Source: Micromonosporaceae bacterium (GTDB lineage: Bacteria; Actinomycetota; Actinomycetes; Mycobacteriales; Micromonosporaceae). Taken from it: DNA of 64,000 nucleotides. The notes under the pieces were generated by a model that was not told the DNA's origin, searched no databases, and worked only from the letters and a program-made list of their open reading frames with translations. This document shows positions 54,228 to 63,280 of the stretch, piece by piece. A program made the translations under genes and the position numbers. The first letter of the stretch is position 1. Each line of letters begins with the position of its first letter. The stretch lies in contig JBQGBY010000039.1 of the NCBI GenBank assembly GCA_052038195.1, forward strand, positions 3,162 to 67,161, given 5' to 3'.

Positions 54228-55640
54228 ATGGCGCGGGGATCGCTGGTCGTGGTCGCGAACCGGTTACCGGTCGACGAGAGTGTCGACGAGGACGGCACCG
54301 TCACCTGGTCGCGCAGCCCAGGCGGTCTGGTCAGCGCTCTGCACCCCGTGCTGCGCGACCGCCACGGGACCTGGATCGGCTGGTCCGGAGGCATCGACTC
54401 GACACCGTACGTGCCGGACATCGATGGTATTCGGATGCGGGCGGTGCCACTGTCCACTCCGGACTATGAGCACTACTACGAGGGCTACAGCAACTGCACC
54501 CTCTGGCCGCTCTACCACGACGCGGTCGAGACGCCGGCGTTCCACCGTCGCTGGTGGGAGGCGTACCAGCGGGTGAACCGGCGGTTCGCCCAGGTGACCG
54601 CCGAGCACGCCGAGCGCAACGCGATCGTGTGGGTGCAGGACTACCACCTGCAGCTGGTCCCCGGGATGCTGCGCCAGCTGCGCCCCGACCTGCGGATCGG
54701 GTTCTTCATGCACATCCCGTTCCCGCCCGCGGAACTGTTCATGCAACTGCCACGGCGGGCCGAGCTCCTGCGCGGGCTGCTCGGAGCCGACCTGGTGGGG
54801 TTCCAGACCGCGGCCGGGGCGGACAACTTCGTCCGCATCGCCTGCCGGCTGCTCGGTGCCCAGGCCGTCCCCAGCACCACAGGTGGCGGCGGTGAGATCA
54901 CGATCGATGGGCGGACGGTCCGGGTCGGCTCGTTCCCGATATCGATAGACGTAAACGAGATGGCCAGCCTGGGCCGGCACGCCGACGTGGTCGAGCGGGC
55001 CGCCCACCTGCGCGCCGATCTCGGCGAGCCGGGCAAGGTCATCCTGGGCGTGGACCGCCTCGACTACACCAAGGGCATCGAGCACCGGATCAAGGCGTAC
55101 CGGGAGCTGCTCGTCGACGGTCGGGTCAAGGTGCAGGACACGGTGATGGTGCAGGTCGCGGTGCCCAGCCGCGAACGGGTCCAGCAGTACAAGGTGCTCC
55201 GGGACAAGGTGGAGCGCGAGGTCGGCCGCATCAACGGGGAGTTCAGCCGCGTCGGCGTACCGGCGGTGCACTACCTCAACCAGTCCTTTGACCGGGCGGA
55301 GGTCGCGGCGCTCTACCTCGCCGCGGACGTACTTACCGTGACCGCCCTGCGCGACGGGATGAACCTCGTGGCGAAGGAGTACATCGCCGCCCGCACCGAC
55401 AACGGCGGCGCGCTCGTACTGAGCGAGTTCACCGGCGCCGCCGCCGAGCTGCCCGAGGCGTACCTGGTCAACCCGCACGACCTCGACGGGGTCAAGGACA
55501 CGATCGTGCGCGCGCTGGAGGCGACCGCGGCCGAGAACCGGGCCCGCATGCGGGCCATGCGGCGCCACGTCCGTGCCCATGACGTCCGGGCCTGGGCCCG
55601 GTCCTACCTCAAGGCGCTCGACCCGCGCGTCTCGCGGTAG
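54228..55640 (+). CDS. otsA: Alpha,alpha-trehalose-phosphate synthase
   Basis: GGGAGGA RBS. LVVVANRLPV...GGLVSAL...WIGW...YYEGYSNCTLWPLYHD...VQDYHL...VDRLDYTKGI...DGMNLVAKEY. Confidence 0.9.
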   Translation: MARGSLVVVANRLPVDESVDEDGTVTWSRSPGGLVSALHPVLRDRHGTWIGWSGGIDSTPYVPDIDGIRMRAVPLSTPDYEHYYEGYSNCTLWPLYHDAVETPAFHRRWWEAYQRVNRRFAQVTAEHAERNAIVWVQDYHLQLVPGMLRQLRPDLRIGFFMHIPFPPAELFMQLPRRAELLRGLLGADLVGFQTAAGADNFVRIACRLLGAQAVPSTTGGGGEITIDGRTVRVGSFPISIDVNEMASLGRHADVVERAAHLRADLGEPGKVILGVDRLDYTKGIEHRIKAYRELLVDGRVKVQDTVMVQVAVPSRERVQQYKVLRDKVEREVGRINGEFSRVGVPAVHYLNQSFDRAEVAALYLAADVLTVTALRDGMNLVAKEYIAARTDNGGALVLSEFTGAAAELPEAYLVNPHDLDGVKDTIVRALEATAAENRARMRAMRRHVRAHDVRAWARSYLKALDPRVSR

Positions 55641-55866
55641 CGCTCCCCGGCGTTGCTGCCAGGGCCGGTAACGGTGCTCCGCCCGGCCGTTTCCGCAGGG
55701 CCGGCGTCCTTGCTTTCCGCAGGTGAACCCGTTGGGGGCTGGTCGGGAGCGCCCGTTTTCCGTACCCTCGGGTAACCCTGGATGTGCGTGACCCCCGTCA
55801 CCCGTCCCCCACAGTGCCTGATGATCAGCTCCGGCATTCTGCGCGAAAACGGAGGCTCCGCGTCCC

Positions 55867-57681
55867 ATGAGCAAGCCATTGCACCTTCCATACACATCCA
55901 TTCCGGACATGTTCCTGCACCGGGTCGCCGAGACCCCGGCGGCTAACGCGTTCGCGTACCCCGGTCCGGACGGGCCGGTGTGGCTGACCTGGAAGGAGGT
56001 CGGGGATCGTGCGACGGCGATCGCAGCCGGCCTGCACGCCATCGGCGTGAACCCCCAGGACGGCGTGGCGATCGCGGCCTCGACCCGCGTGGAGTGGATC
56101 CTGGCCGACCTCGGCATCCTGTGCGCGGGCGCGGCGACCACCACGATCTACCCGACCACCGAGCCGAAGGACGCCACCTTCATCCTCGCCGACTCCGGGG
56201 TGAAGGTGCTGATCGCCGAGAACGAGGCCCAGGTGGCGAAGACGGCCGGCGCGACGCTGCCCAACCTCACCCACATCGTGGTCATCGACGGGACGTCCGA
56301 CGCCGCGGTGCCGGTACTGACGATGGCCGAGCTGGAGGAGAAGGGTAAGGCGCTGCTCGCGTCCGATCCCGAGCTCGTCACGCGGATCGCGGCCAGCGTA
56401 CGCCCCGACCACCTCGCGACCCTCATGTACACCTCTGGCACCACCGGCACCCCGAAGGGCGTCGAGCTGCTGCACGCCGGCTGGGTCTGGGAGGGCGTCG
56501 CCCAGTCGACGATCGGCCTGCTGCTCCCCACCGACCTGCAGTACCTGTGGCTGCCGCTGTCGCACTCGTTCGGAAAGACGATCCTCTGTGGAGTCATCAA
56601 CGTGGGTCTTCCGACCTATGTGGACGGTCGTGTCGACAAGATCGCGGAGAACCTGCCCAAGGTGCGGCCCACTTTCATGTGCGGTGCACCCCGGATCTAC
56701 GAGAAGCTCTACAGCGCCGTCAACAGCGCGGTGAAGTCCGAGGGCGGCGCCAAGTACAAGATCTTCAAGTGGGCGGTCCGGGTCGGGCGGGAAGCCTACG
56801 AGCGCGAACTCGCCGGCAAGTCCGGCGGCGGGTTCAAGGTCAAGCTCGCCGACCGGCTGGTGTTCAGCAAGATCCGGGCCCGCCTCGGCGGCCGGATCCG
56901 GGCCCTCGTCTCCGGCGCCGCGCCGCTGAACAAGGAGATCCAGGAGTTCTTCCACATCGCCGGCATCGAGATCTACGAGGGCTATGGGCTCACCGAGACC
57001 TCCGCGGGGGCGTTCCTCAACATCCCGGGCCGGACCAGGTTCGGCACCGTCGGCCACCCCATGGGTGACCTCGAGGTGCGCCTCGACTCCGACGGCGAGA
57101 TCCTGATCCGCGGCCTGCCGGTGATGCGCGGCTACCACAACCTGCCCGAGGAGACCGGGCGGGTCTTCACCGAGGACGGCTTCTTCCGGACCGGTGACAT
57201 CGGCGAGATCGACGCGGATGGCTACCTGAAGATCACTGACCGGAAGAAGGACCTCTTCAAGACCTCCGGTGGCAAGTACATCGCCCCGAGCCACCTCGAG
57301 GGCGGGTTCAAGGCGCTGTGCCCGTACGTGTCGCAGGTCCTCGTCATCGGAGCGGCCCGCAACTACGTCACGATGGTGGTAACCCTCGACCCCGACGTGG
57401 TGACGAAGCTGACCACGGCCGAGGGCCCGTTGCACGGCAAGAGCTACGGCGAGGTGGCCGCGTCGGCGGAGATGCGCGCGATGATCGAACAATCCGTGAA
57501 GGAGCTCAACGCGAAGCTGAACCGCTGGGAGACGGTGAAGAAGTTCACCATCCTCCCGCGCGACCTGTCCATCGACACCGGTGAGCTAACCCCGTCGCTG
57601 AAGGTCAAGCGCAAGAGCGTCGAGACGAACTTCTCGACCGAGATCGAGTCGATGTACGAGGGTGTGCTGACCGAGGCGTAG
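55867..57681 (+). CDS. Long-chain-fatty-acid--CoA ligase (FadD15-like), paralogue of 9694..11610
   Basis: LMYTSGTTGTPKGVEL, YGLTETS, TGDIGEID, KDLFKTSGGKYIAP and LTPSLKVKRK. Confidence 0.85.
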   Translation: MSKPLHLPYTSIPDMFLHRVAETPAANAFAYPGPDGPVWLTWKEVGDRATAIAAGLHAIGVNPQDGVAIAASTRVEWILADLGILCAGAATTTIYPTTEPKDATFILADSGVKVLIAENEAQVAKTAGATLPNLTHIVVIDGTSDAAVPVLTMAELEEKGKALLASDPELVTRIAASVRPDHLATLMYTSGTTGTPKGVELLHAGWVWEGVAQSTIGLLLPTDLQYLWLPLSHSFGKTILCGVINVGLPTYVDGRVDKIAENLPKVRPTFMCGAPRIYEKLYSAVNSAVKSEGGAKYKIFKWAVRVGREAYERELAGKSGGGFKVKLADRLVFSKIRARLGGRIRALVSGAAPLNKEIQEFFHIAGIEIYEGYGLTETSAGAFLNIPGRTRFGTVGHPMGDLEVRLDSDGEILIRGLPVMRGYHNLPEETGRVFTEDGFFRTGDIGEIDADGYLKITDRKKDLFKTSGGKYIAPSHLEGGFKALCPYVSQVLVIGAARNYVTMVVTLDPDVVTKLTTAEGPLHGKSYGEVAASAEMRAMIEQSVKELNAKLNRWETVKKFTILPRDLSIDTGELTPSLKVKRKSVETNFSTEIESMYEGVLTEA

Positions 57682-57713
57682 CTGAGATCTCGCGCCGTTG
57701 TGTTGTTGTGTAG

Positions 57714-57814
57714 GGAAGGGCACCTTGCTGACACTGAGCCGCGGTTGCTCGCGACTGCGGGGCTCGCAAGCTCGCTCCTCGCGCTCGGGGCTATGTCCAG
57801 CAAGGTGCCCTTCC
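57714..57814. repeat. 101-bp element: repeat-family copy C enclosed by perfect 17-bp inverted repeats (MITE-like or long hairpin)
   Basis: ggaagggcaccttgctg (57714-57730) is the reverse complement of cagcaaggtgcccttcc (57798-57814). The core tgcggggctcgcaagctcgctcctc sits at 57756-57780. Confidence 0.85.
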
Positions 57815-57834
57815 TGACATCGGCGAGGCGGCGG

Positions 57835-59301
57835 TCAGGCCACCAGGGACGGTGGGGACCACTCGGCCGGGCGGGCCCGGGCCAGGTCCGCGTGCGCGGC
57901 GGCCAGGCGCCGTACGGCCTCCACGAGGTCGGTCTCGGGCAGCGTGAACGGGAGCCGCATGAAGCGCTCCAGCGTGCCGGCCAGGCCGAACGACGGGCCC
58001 GGCGCCAGCCGCACACCGTGCTCGTGAGCGGCCTGGGCCAATGCGGTCGACACCGGCGCGTCGAGCTCCACCCACAGGCTCACCCCGCCGCCGGGTGGCG
58101 TGAACGTCCACTGTGGAACTTGCCGGCGCAGCGCCGCGGTGAGCGCGTCCATCCGCTGCCTGAGCTGTGTTCGACGGGCGGCGATGATGTCGCCGGCCCG
58201 GTCGAGGAGGGCGGCACCGACGAGTTGGTCGAGCACCGGGCCGGCCATGTCGACCGCCACCCGGAGCGCCGACAGACGGGCGATGACCGGTGTCGCGGCC
58301 CGGATCCAGCCGACCCGGACGCCACCCCAGTACGGCTTGCTCATGCCGCCGACGGTGAGGACCCGGGCGTGCGGGTCGAAGGCGGCCAGGGGCGGCGGCG
58401 GGGGATCCTGGGCGAAGGAGAGGTCCACAAAGGACTCGTCCACGATCAGGTCGGTGCCGGCTCGGTGGGCGGCGGCCGGTAGCAGCTCCCGCAACCGGTG
58501 CGACATCACGTGACCGGTCGGGTTCTGGAACTCGGGGATCACGTAAGCCAGCGCCGGGCGGCTCGACCGTACCTCGGCGAGCAGCAGCTCCTCCTCCCAG
58601 CCAGCGACGGGATCGAGGTTGGTCGTCACGATCCGGGTCCGGTGGGCGCGCAGGGCGGCCAGAACGTTCGGGTAGGTTGGCGACTCCACGAGAACGGTCT
58701 GTCCCGGTGCGACCAGCAGTCGCAGGATCAGGTCCACCGCCTGCTGCACCCCGTTGGTGACGAGGACCTGGTCCGGCCCGGTCGGCAGTCCGCGGGCAGT
58801 GAAGGCGGCGGCGATGCGTTCCCGCAGCCCGAGAATCCCCTCCGGCTGGTAGCCGGGTCCCGTGGTGAAGGCGGGCAGCTCGGCCACCGCCGCCGCCACC
58901 GCCGCGTCGATCTCCTCGGGGGCGGCGAGCGCGGCACAGCCGAGGTCGATCATGTCGTCGGCGTCCGCGGGCATCCACAGCCCGGAGGTGCCGACCCGCT
59001 GCCCCGGCGGGAGCGCGGTGAAGCTGCCGGCGCCGCGACGGCTGGTGAGGTGGCCCGACCCGCGCAGCTCGCGGTAGGCCGCGGTCACGGTCGTCCGGCT
59101 GACGCGCAGCGCTTCGGCGAGCTCCCGCTCCGCGGGCAGCCGTACGCCCAGGGCCACCCGGCCGTCGCGGAGCAGACCGCGGATCGCCAGGGACAGCGCC
59201 GCGTACTCCGGCAGCCGGAGCGTGCCGTCGCCGCGGGTGGCCCGCCACTGGTCGAGCAGGCGGACCAGGTGGCCACCTCGTATCGTGTTGACCAAGGCCA
59301 C
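57835..59301 (-). CDS. MocR/PdxR-type regulator (GntR wHTH fused to a PLP aminotransferase-like domain)
   Basis: LPAERELAEALRVSRTTVTAAYRELRGSGHLTSRRGAGSF (GntR HTH) and a fold-type-I domain with GGMSKPYWGGVRVGW (PLP lysine). Confidence 0.85.
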   Translation of the reverse strand: MALVNTIRGGHLVRLLDQWRATRGDGTLRLPEYAALSLAIRGLLRDGRVALGVRLPAERELAEALRVSRTTVTAAYRELRGSGHLTSRRGAGSFTALPPGQRVGTSGLWMPADADDMIDLGCAALAAPEEIDAAVAAAVAELPAFTTGPGYQPEGILGLRERIAAAFTARGLPTGPDQVLVTNGVQQAVDLILRLLVAPGQTVLVESPTYPNVLAALRAHRTRIVTTNLDPVAGWEEELLLAEVRSSRPALAYVIPEFQNPTGHVMSHRLRELLPAAAHRAGTDLIVDESFVDLSFAQDPPPPPLAAFDPHARVLTVGGMSKPYWGGVRVGWIRAATPVIARLSALRVAVDMAGPVLDQLVGAALLDRAGDIIAARRTQLRQRMDALTAALRRQVPQWTFTPPGGGVSLWVELDAPVSTALAQAAHEHGVRLAPGPSFGLAGTLERFMRLPFTLPETDLVEAVRRLAAAHADLARARPAEWSPPSLVA

Positions 59302-59354
59302 TCACCTCGGATTGGCTATTTGTGAGCGAGAAACTGGCCTTCATATTGGCATGC

Positions 59355-60176
59355 ATGGCAGTCACCAGCAAGGCCACTTTGCCGAAGCGAGCGGCCGGCC
59401 CATCCAGGACGTACGGACCGCTCCCCCTGCGCATCCGCCCGGTGGCGCGGCTCGGTCAGCTCTACGCCGGGCTGGCCGTGTACGGGGTGAGCATGGCGCT
59501 CATGGTGGAGTCGCGCCTCGGCAACATGCCGTGGGACGTGCTCCATCAGGGCCTGGCCCGCCAGACAGGGCTCTCGATCGGCGTCGTCACGATCATCACC
59601 GGCGCGCTGGTGCTGCTGCTGTGGATCCCCCTACGGCAACGGCCGGGCGTCGGCACACTGTCCAATGTGGTCGTCATCGGACTTGCCGTCGACGGGGCCC
59701 TGGCCTTGCTGCCCACGCCGTCGTTGTTGTGGCAGCGTGCGCTGTTCCTGGCCGGCGGCGTCGGGCTGTGCGCGGTCGCGACGGGGCTCTATGTCGGGGC
59801 CCGGCTCGGCCCCGGTCCACGCGACGGCCTGATGACCGGCCTCGCTGCCCGCGGTCACTCGATCCGGTTGGTGCGCACGGGCATCGAGGTGGGCGTCGTG
59901 CTCGTCGGCTTCCTGCTCGGAGGCACGCTCGGCATCGGCACGCTCGCCTATGCGTTGACCATCGGCCCGCTGGTGCACATCGCGCTGCCCCTGCTCGCTA
60001 TCCGCACCTCAGTCGGTGGCGTCGTCGTAGGCGATCGTCAACCATCGGCGAAGGTCATCGTCCACGTCGTCGGGACCGTGCAGGCGGACCGTGCTCCAGA
60101 ACCGGTTCGCGGAGATGCGCTGACTTCGGATGGCCCTGGGATGGTCGACCGCCTCATCGGCGAGGATCTCCACTGA
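59355..60176 (+). CDS. YczE/YitT-like membrane protein; the 3' approx 55 codons overlap the convergent gene
   Basis: GLAVYGVSMALMVESRLGNMPWDVLHQGLARQTGLSIGVVTII and GPGPRDGLMTGL blocks. The family-typical length would end near 60010. Confidence 0.65.
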   Translation: MAVTSKATLPKRAAGPSRTYGPLPLRIRPVARLGQLYAGLAVYGVSMALMVESRLGNMPWDVLHQGLARQTGLSIGVVTIITGALVLLLWIPLRQRPGVGTLSNVVVIGLAVDGALALLPTPSLLWQRALFLAGGVGLCAVATGLYVGARLGPGPRDGLMTGLAARGHSIRLVRTGIEVGVVLVGFLLGGTLGIGTLAYALTIGPLVHIALPLLAIRTSVGGVVVGDRQPSAKVIVHVVGTVQADRAPEPVRGDALTSDGPGMVDRLIGEDLH

Positions 60177-60425
60177 GAGGGCCCGCGCCATCGGCCGGAT
60201 CTCGGCGAACCTGCGGTCGCTGGTCAGGAACACGCCAACGGCGACGGGGTCGAGATGCACCGGGCCGAGCGTCCCGAGATGAGCCATGATCGCGTCGTAG
60301 GCCGCCCGCTGCGCCGGCGGTCGGCCGGCGAACGTCTCGTCGACCGTGCCGCCCGGCACGCAGACGTGCGATTGGTTCGTCCGGCCGAACGCCCGGTCAC
60401 ACCGGGGACACGTCCATCGCGCCAT
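60009..60425 (-). CDS. DUF5655-like protein with an N-terminal CxxC...HxC zinc-ribbon-like motif
   Basis: MARWTCPRCDRAFGRTNQSHVC... ends ...VRLHGPDDVDDDLRRWLTIAYDDATD. Confidence 0.6.
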   Translation of the reverse strand: MARWTCPRCDRAFGRTNQSHVCVPGGTVDETFAGRPPAQRAAYDAIMAHLGTLGPVHLDPVAVGVFLTSDRRFAEIRPMARALSVEILADEAVDHPRAIRSQRISANRFWSTVRLHGPDDVDDDLRRWLTIAYDDATD

Positions 60426-60547
60426 ACCCCTGTTCGTACACTGTCTGCTCGCCGCGCCTGTCACCAAGATCCTCATGACCATGGACAAGTGTGTGTGATC
60501 GGTGATAAATTCACATGCATTCGTCCATGGTCGTGAGGATCTTGAGA

Positions 60548-60613
60548 GAGGTCACGGTCCCGGTGATCGCCTCCGGCGGTGCCGGTGCGGTCGCCAACTT
60601 CCGTGCCGCGGTC
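60548..60613 (+). pseudogene. hisF-derived fragment (22 codons) in inverted orientation relative to hisF
   Basis: The + strand reads [22 protein letters not shown], against his[23 protein letters not shown] (reverse complement of 62627-62692). 58/66 nt are identical. Confidence 0.7.
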
Positions 60614-61979
60614 ACGGCTCGCGCCTCATCCTCGCCCGCCGAACGACGATGATCGACAGAGCGACGCCGCTCAGCAGGATCAACGCAGCCGCCGTAGCGC
60701 CGGTGCGCAGCCACGGAGGCCACGGGCCATGGTCGATGTCTCCGGCCGGCCTCACCCGCACGTCGGGCAACAGGCCGTACGCCAGCTGCAGGTCGCCGAT
60801 GAGCACGTCCAGGCCCGTGCCCGGATCGAGCCGCGCCAACGGCGTCCGGGATCCGTCGCCGAGATCGACGGAGACGATTTCCGGCGACTGCGCGGCGGAG
60901 TCGCCTGGCATATCCGCGCCGGTGGCCATCAGGAACCGATCCGACGACCGCCAGCCGAGGAAGAATCCCACTGGGACCTCGGCCGGCCCCACGCGCCAGC
61001 CCGCGCCGTCCCGCTCGACCGTACGTAGCCGGGATCCCGAGGTCAGGGCCAGCCGGGAGCCGTCGGGCGACCACGCCGCCTGGTTGGCCACCTGGTAGTC
61101 CGTCGGGACCGCGACCCTCGCTGCGACCTCGCCGCCGGGCACGGTGATCACAACGACATCGGCGCCGGGCGGGATGCTGCGGTGCTCGGCACCGTCCGGT
61201 CCACCGGCCTGGATGGCGAGCTCGGTGCCGTCCGGGGAGAACGCGGCGTTGCCAACCGATTCCAGTACGTCGATGGGATAACGCTCGCCCGAGATCGCGT
61301 CGAGGAGGGTCAACCGCCCGCCCCGGGCTCGCGTCGTCTCGTGCCAGCCCTCCGTCATCGGGCGGAACGGTCGAGTCGCGTAGGCGAGCCATCGGCCGTC
61401 GGCCGACCACGCCAGCAAGGTAACGGTCGAGTCTGCGTCCACGGGGTACCGGCGGATGTCGCCTGTCCGCACGTCGATCACCGGAAGCTCGGACACCGCG
61501 CGGGATCCCGATCCGATCGCGACCAGGAGGCCGTCGCCGGAAAGCAGCACCGGCGCGCGCTCGACGGACAGGGCAGGACCGATCTTGGCCTGCTCGATGT
61601 AGCGATACCGGTCGGTGTCGGCCGCGAGCACGATCACCTGGTTGATGGCGTAGACGGGTTCGAAGTCGTAGCGGAACACAGCGATCGCCCGGCCCGGCGG
61701 GGAGTCAGTGACAGAGCCGGTGAATGGCGAATACCCACCGATGACCGCGGGGAGCGTCGGCGGTGCCTCGATCGCGGCGGGCGGTGCCCCGCGCCGAGGC
61801 CAGACCCCGGGGACTGCGACCACGACCGCCAGCAGCACCAGCACGGCAGCCGCCACGGCGACCGGCCGGATCCAGCCCCGGGTCCGCTCGGCGTAGGCGA
61901 ACGCCGGTGGGTGCGCGACCAGCACGGACTCGACGTACTCGACCACGCTCCGCCGGATCCGGGTCTCCAGGTCAGCCAT
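60612..61979 (-). CDS. Membrane-anchored TolB/PD40-like beta-propeller protein coupled to the ECF sigma gene (candidate anti-sigma/co-factor)
   Basis: TM after about 35 aa. PD40-like repeats WSADGRWLAY, FSPDGTELAI and WSPDGSRLAL. Second C-terminal TM. 8-nt overlap with the sigma stop. Confidence 0.7.
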   Translation of the reverse strand: MADLETRIRRSVVEYVESVLVAHPPAFAYAERTRGWIRPVAVAAAVLVLLAVVVAVPGVWPRRGAPPAAIEAPPTLPAVIGGYSPFTGSVTDSPPGRAIAVFRYDFEPVYAINQVIVLAADTDRYRYIEQAKIGPALSVERAPVLLSGDGLLVAIGSGSRAVSELPVIDVRTGDIRRYPVDADSTVTLLAWSADGRWLAYATRPFRPMTEGWHETTRARGGRLTLLDAISGERYPIDVLESVGNAAFSPDGTELAIQAGGPDGAEHRSIPPGADVVVITVPGGEVAARVAVPTDYQVANQAAWSPDGSRLALTSGSRLRTVERDGAGWRVGPAEVPVGFFLGWRSSDRFLMATGADMPGDSAAQSPEIVSVDLGDGSRTPLARLDPGTGLDVLIGDLQLAYGLLPDVRVRPAGDIDHGPWPPWLRTGATAAALILLSGVALSIIVVRRARMRREP

Positions 61980-62475
61980 CGAGGTACCTCCGCAACGTCT
62001 CGTGCGACCGGTGCAGCAGGGACTTGACGGTGCCGAGCCGGCAGCCGAGGGCGTCGCCGATCGCCGCTTCCGGCAGGTCCAGGTAGTACCGCAGGAAGAC
62101 CGCGGCGCGCTGGCGCGGGCGCAACCTGGCCAGAGCCGCCCGTACGGCCACCGCCTCCGGCCCCAGGGGCGCGACGACAGCCTTCAGCTGGTGCCGCGTG
62201 AGATACGCAGACTCGATCCGCGCGCGGCGCAGCATCGACACGGATCGGGAGATCACCGCCCGGCGCAGGTAGGCGACCGGATGCTCGACCCGTGCGAAGG
62301 CCCGGTAGAGCTCCGCGAACGCCTCCTGCACGATGTCCTCGGCGCCAGCGTCCCGCCCCGTCGTGATCCGGGCGAGCCGGACCATCGGTGCATATTGCTC
62401 CGCGTAGAGAAGCGTGAACCCGTCCGGCGGGCTCGCCGGTGGCAGTGGCCCTACGGTCTGGTCGATCTGGGTCAC
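61972..62475 (-). CDS. ECF (group 4) sigma-70 family RNA polymerase sigma factor
   Basis: GTG 62475. Region 2 AEDIVQEAFAELYRAF...AYLRRAVISRS. Region 4 RQRAAVFLRYYLDLPEAAIGDALGCRLGTVKSLLHRS. Confidence 0.8.
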   Translation of the reverse strand: MTQIDQTVGPLPPASPPDGFTLLYAEQYAPMVRLARITTGRDAGAEDIVQEAFAELYRAFARVEHPVAYLRRAVISRSVSMLRRARIESAYLTRHQLKAVVAPLGPEAVAVRAALARLRPRQRAAVFLRYYLDLPEAAIGDALGCRLGTVKSLLHRSHETLRRYLDG

Positions 62476-62518
62476 TCTGTCATGGCGCGCGAGCGGGACG
62501 AAAGGTTCCTGACACAGC

Positions 62519-63280
62519 TCAACGGACCGGGTGGCCGGCGGCGCGCAGGGAGTCCTTGACCTCGCCGATGGTGATCTCTCCAAAGTGGAACACACTGGCG
62601 GCGAGCACGGCGTCGGCGCCGGCCCCGATCGCGGCGCCGAAGTCGGCGACCGCGCCGGCGCCGCCCGAGGCGATCACCGGAACCGTGACCTCGCGCCGGA
62701 TCGCCGCGATGAGCGGCAGGTCGAAGCCGCCCTTCGTGCCGTCGTGGTCCATCGAGTTCAGCAGGATCTCCCCCGCGCCGAGCTCGCAGCCCTGACCGGC
62801 CCACTCGATGGCGTCGAGGCCGGTGCCGCGGCGGCCACCGTGGGTGGTGACCTCGAACCCGCTGGTCACGCCCGGCGCCCGCCGGACGTCCAGCGACAGT
62901 GTGAGCACCTGCCGGCCGAACCGGTCCGCGATCTCCGCGATGAGCGTGGGCCGCGCGATCGCCGCGGTGTTCACGCCGACCTTGTCCGCGCCGGCGCGCA
63001 GCAGAGTGTCCACATCGGACACGGCCCGGACGCCGCCGCCCACAGTCAGCGGGATGAACACGGTCTCGGCGGTGCGGCGCACCACGTCGAGCATCGTGGC
63101 CCGCCCGTCGGCCGACGCCGTGACGTCCAGGAAGACGAGCTCGTCGGCGCCGGCCGCATCGTAGGCGGCGGCCAGCTCGACGGGATCACCGGCGTCGCGC
63201 AGGTTCAGGAAGTTCACGCCCTTCACGACCCGCCCGGCGTCCACGTCCAGGCAGGGAATGACCCGCACGGCGACCGTCAT
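62519..63280 (-). CDS. hisF: Imidazole glycerol phosphate synthase cyclase subunit
   Basis: [20 protein letters not shown]...PLTVGGGVR...VIASGGAG...ASVFHFGE. Confidence 0.95.
   Translation of the reverse strand: MTVAVRVIPCLDVDAGRVVKGVNFLNLRDAGDPVELAAAYDAAGADELVFLDVTASADGRATMLDVVRRTAETVFIPLTVGGGVRAVSDVDTLLRAGADKVGVNTAAIARPTLIAEIADRFGRQVLTLSLDVRRAPGVTSGFEVTTHGGRRGTGLDAIEWAGQGCELGAGEILLNSMDHDGTKGGFDLPLIAAIRREVTVPVIASGGAGAVADFGAAIGAGADAVLAASVFHFGEITIGEVKDSLRAAGHPVR

Noticed and set aside
54264-57492. Long minus-strand ORFs 54264..56144 and 55825..57492
   Set aside because: They are antisense shadows of otsA and the acyl-CoA ligase. No motifs and biased composition.
60493-60516. CRP/FNR-like site tgtgatcggtgataaattcaca upstream of the DUF5655-like gene
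   Set aside because: TGTGA and TCACA half-sites are present but with 12-nt or 5-nt spacing instead of the 6 nt required by the TGTGA-N6-TCACA consensus. It cannot be supported.
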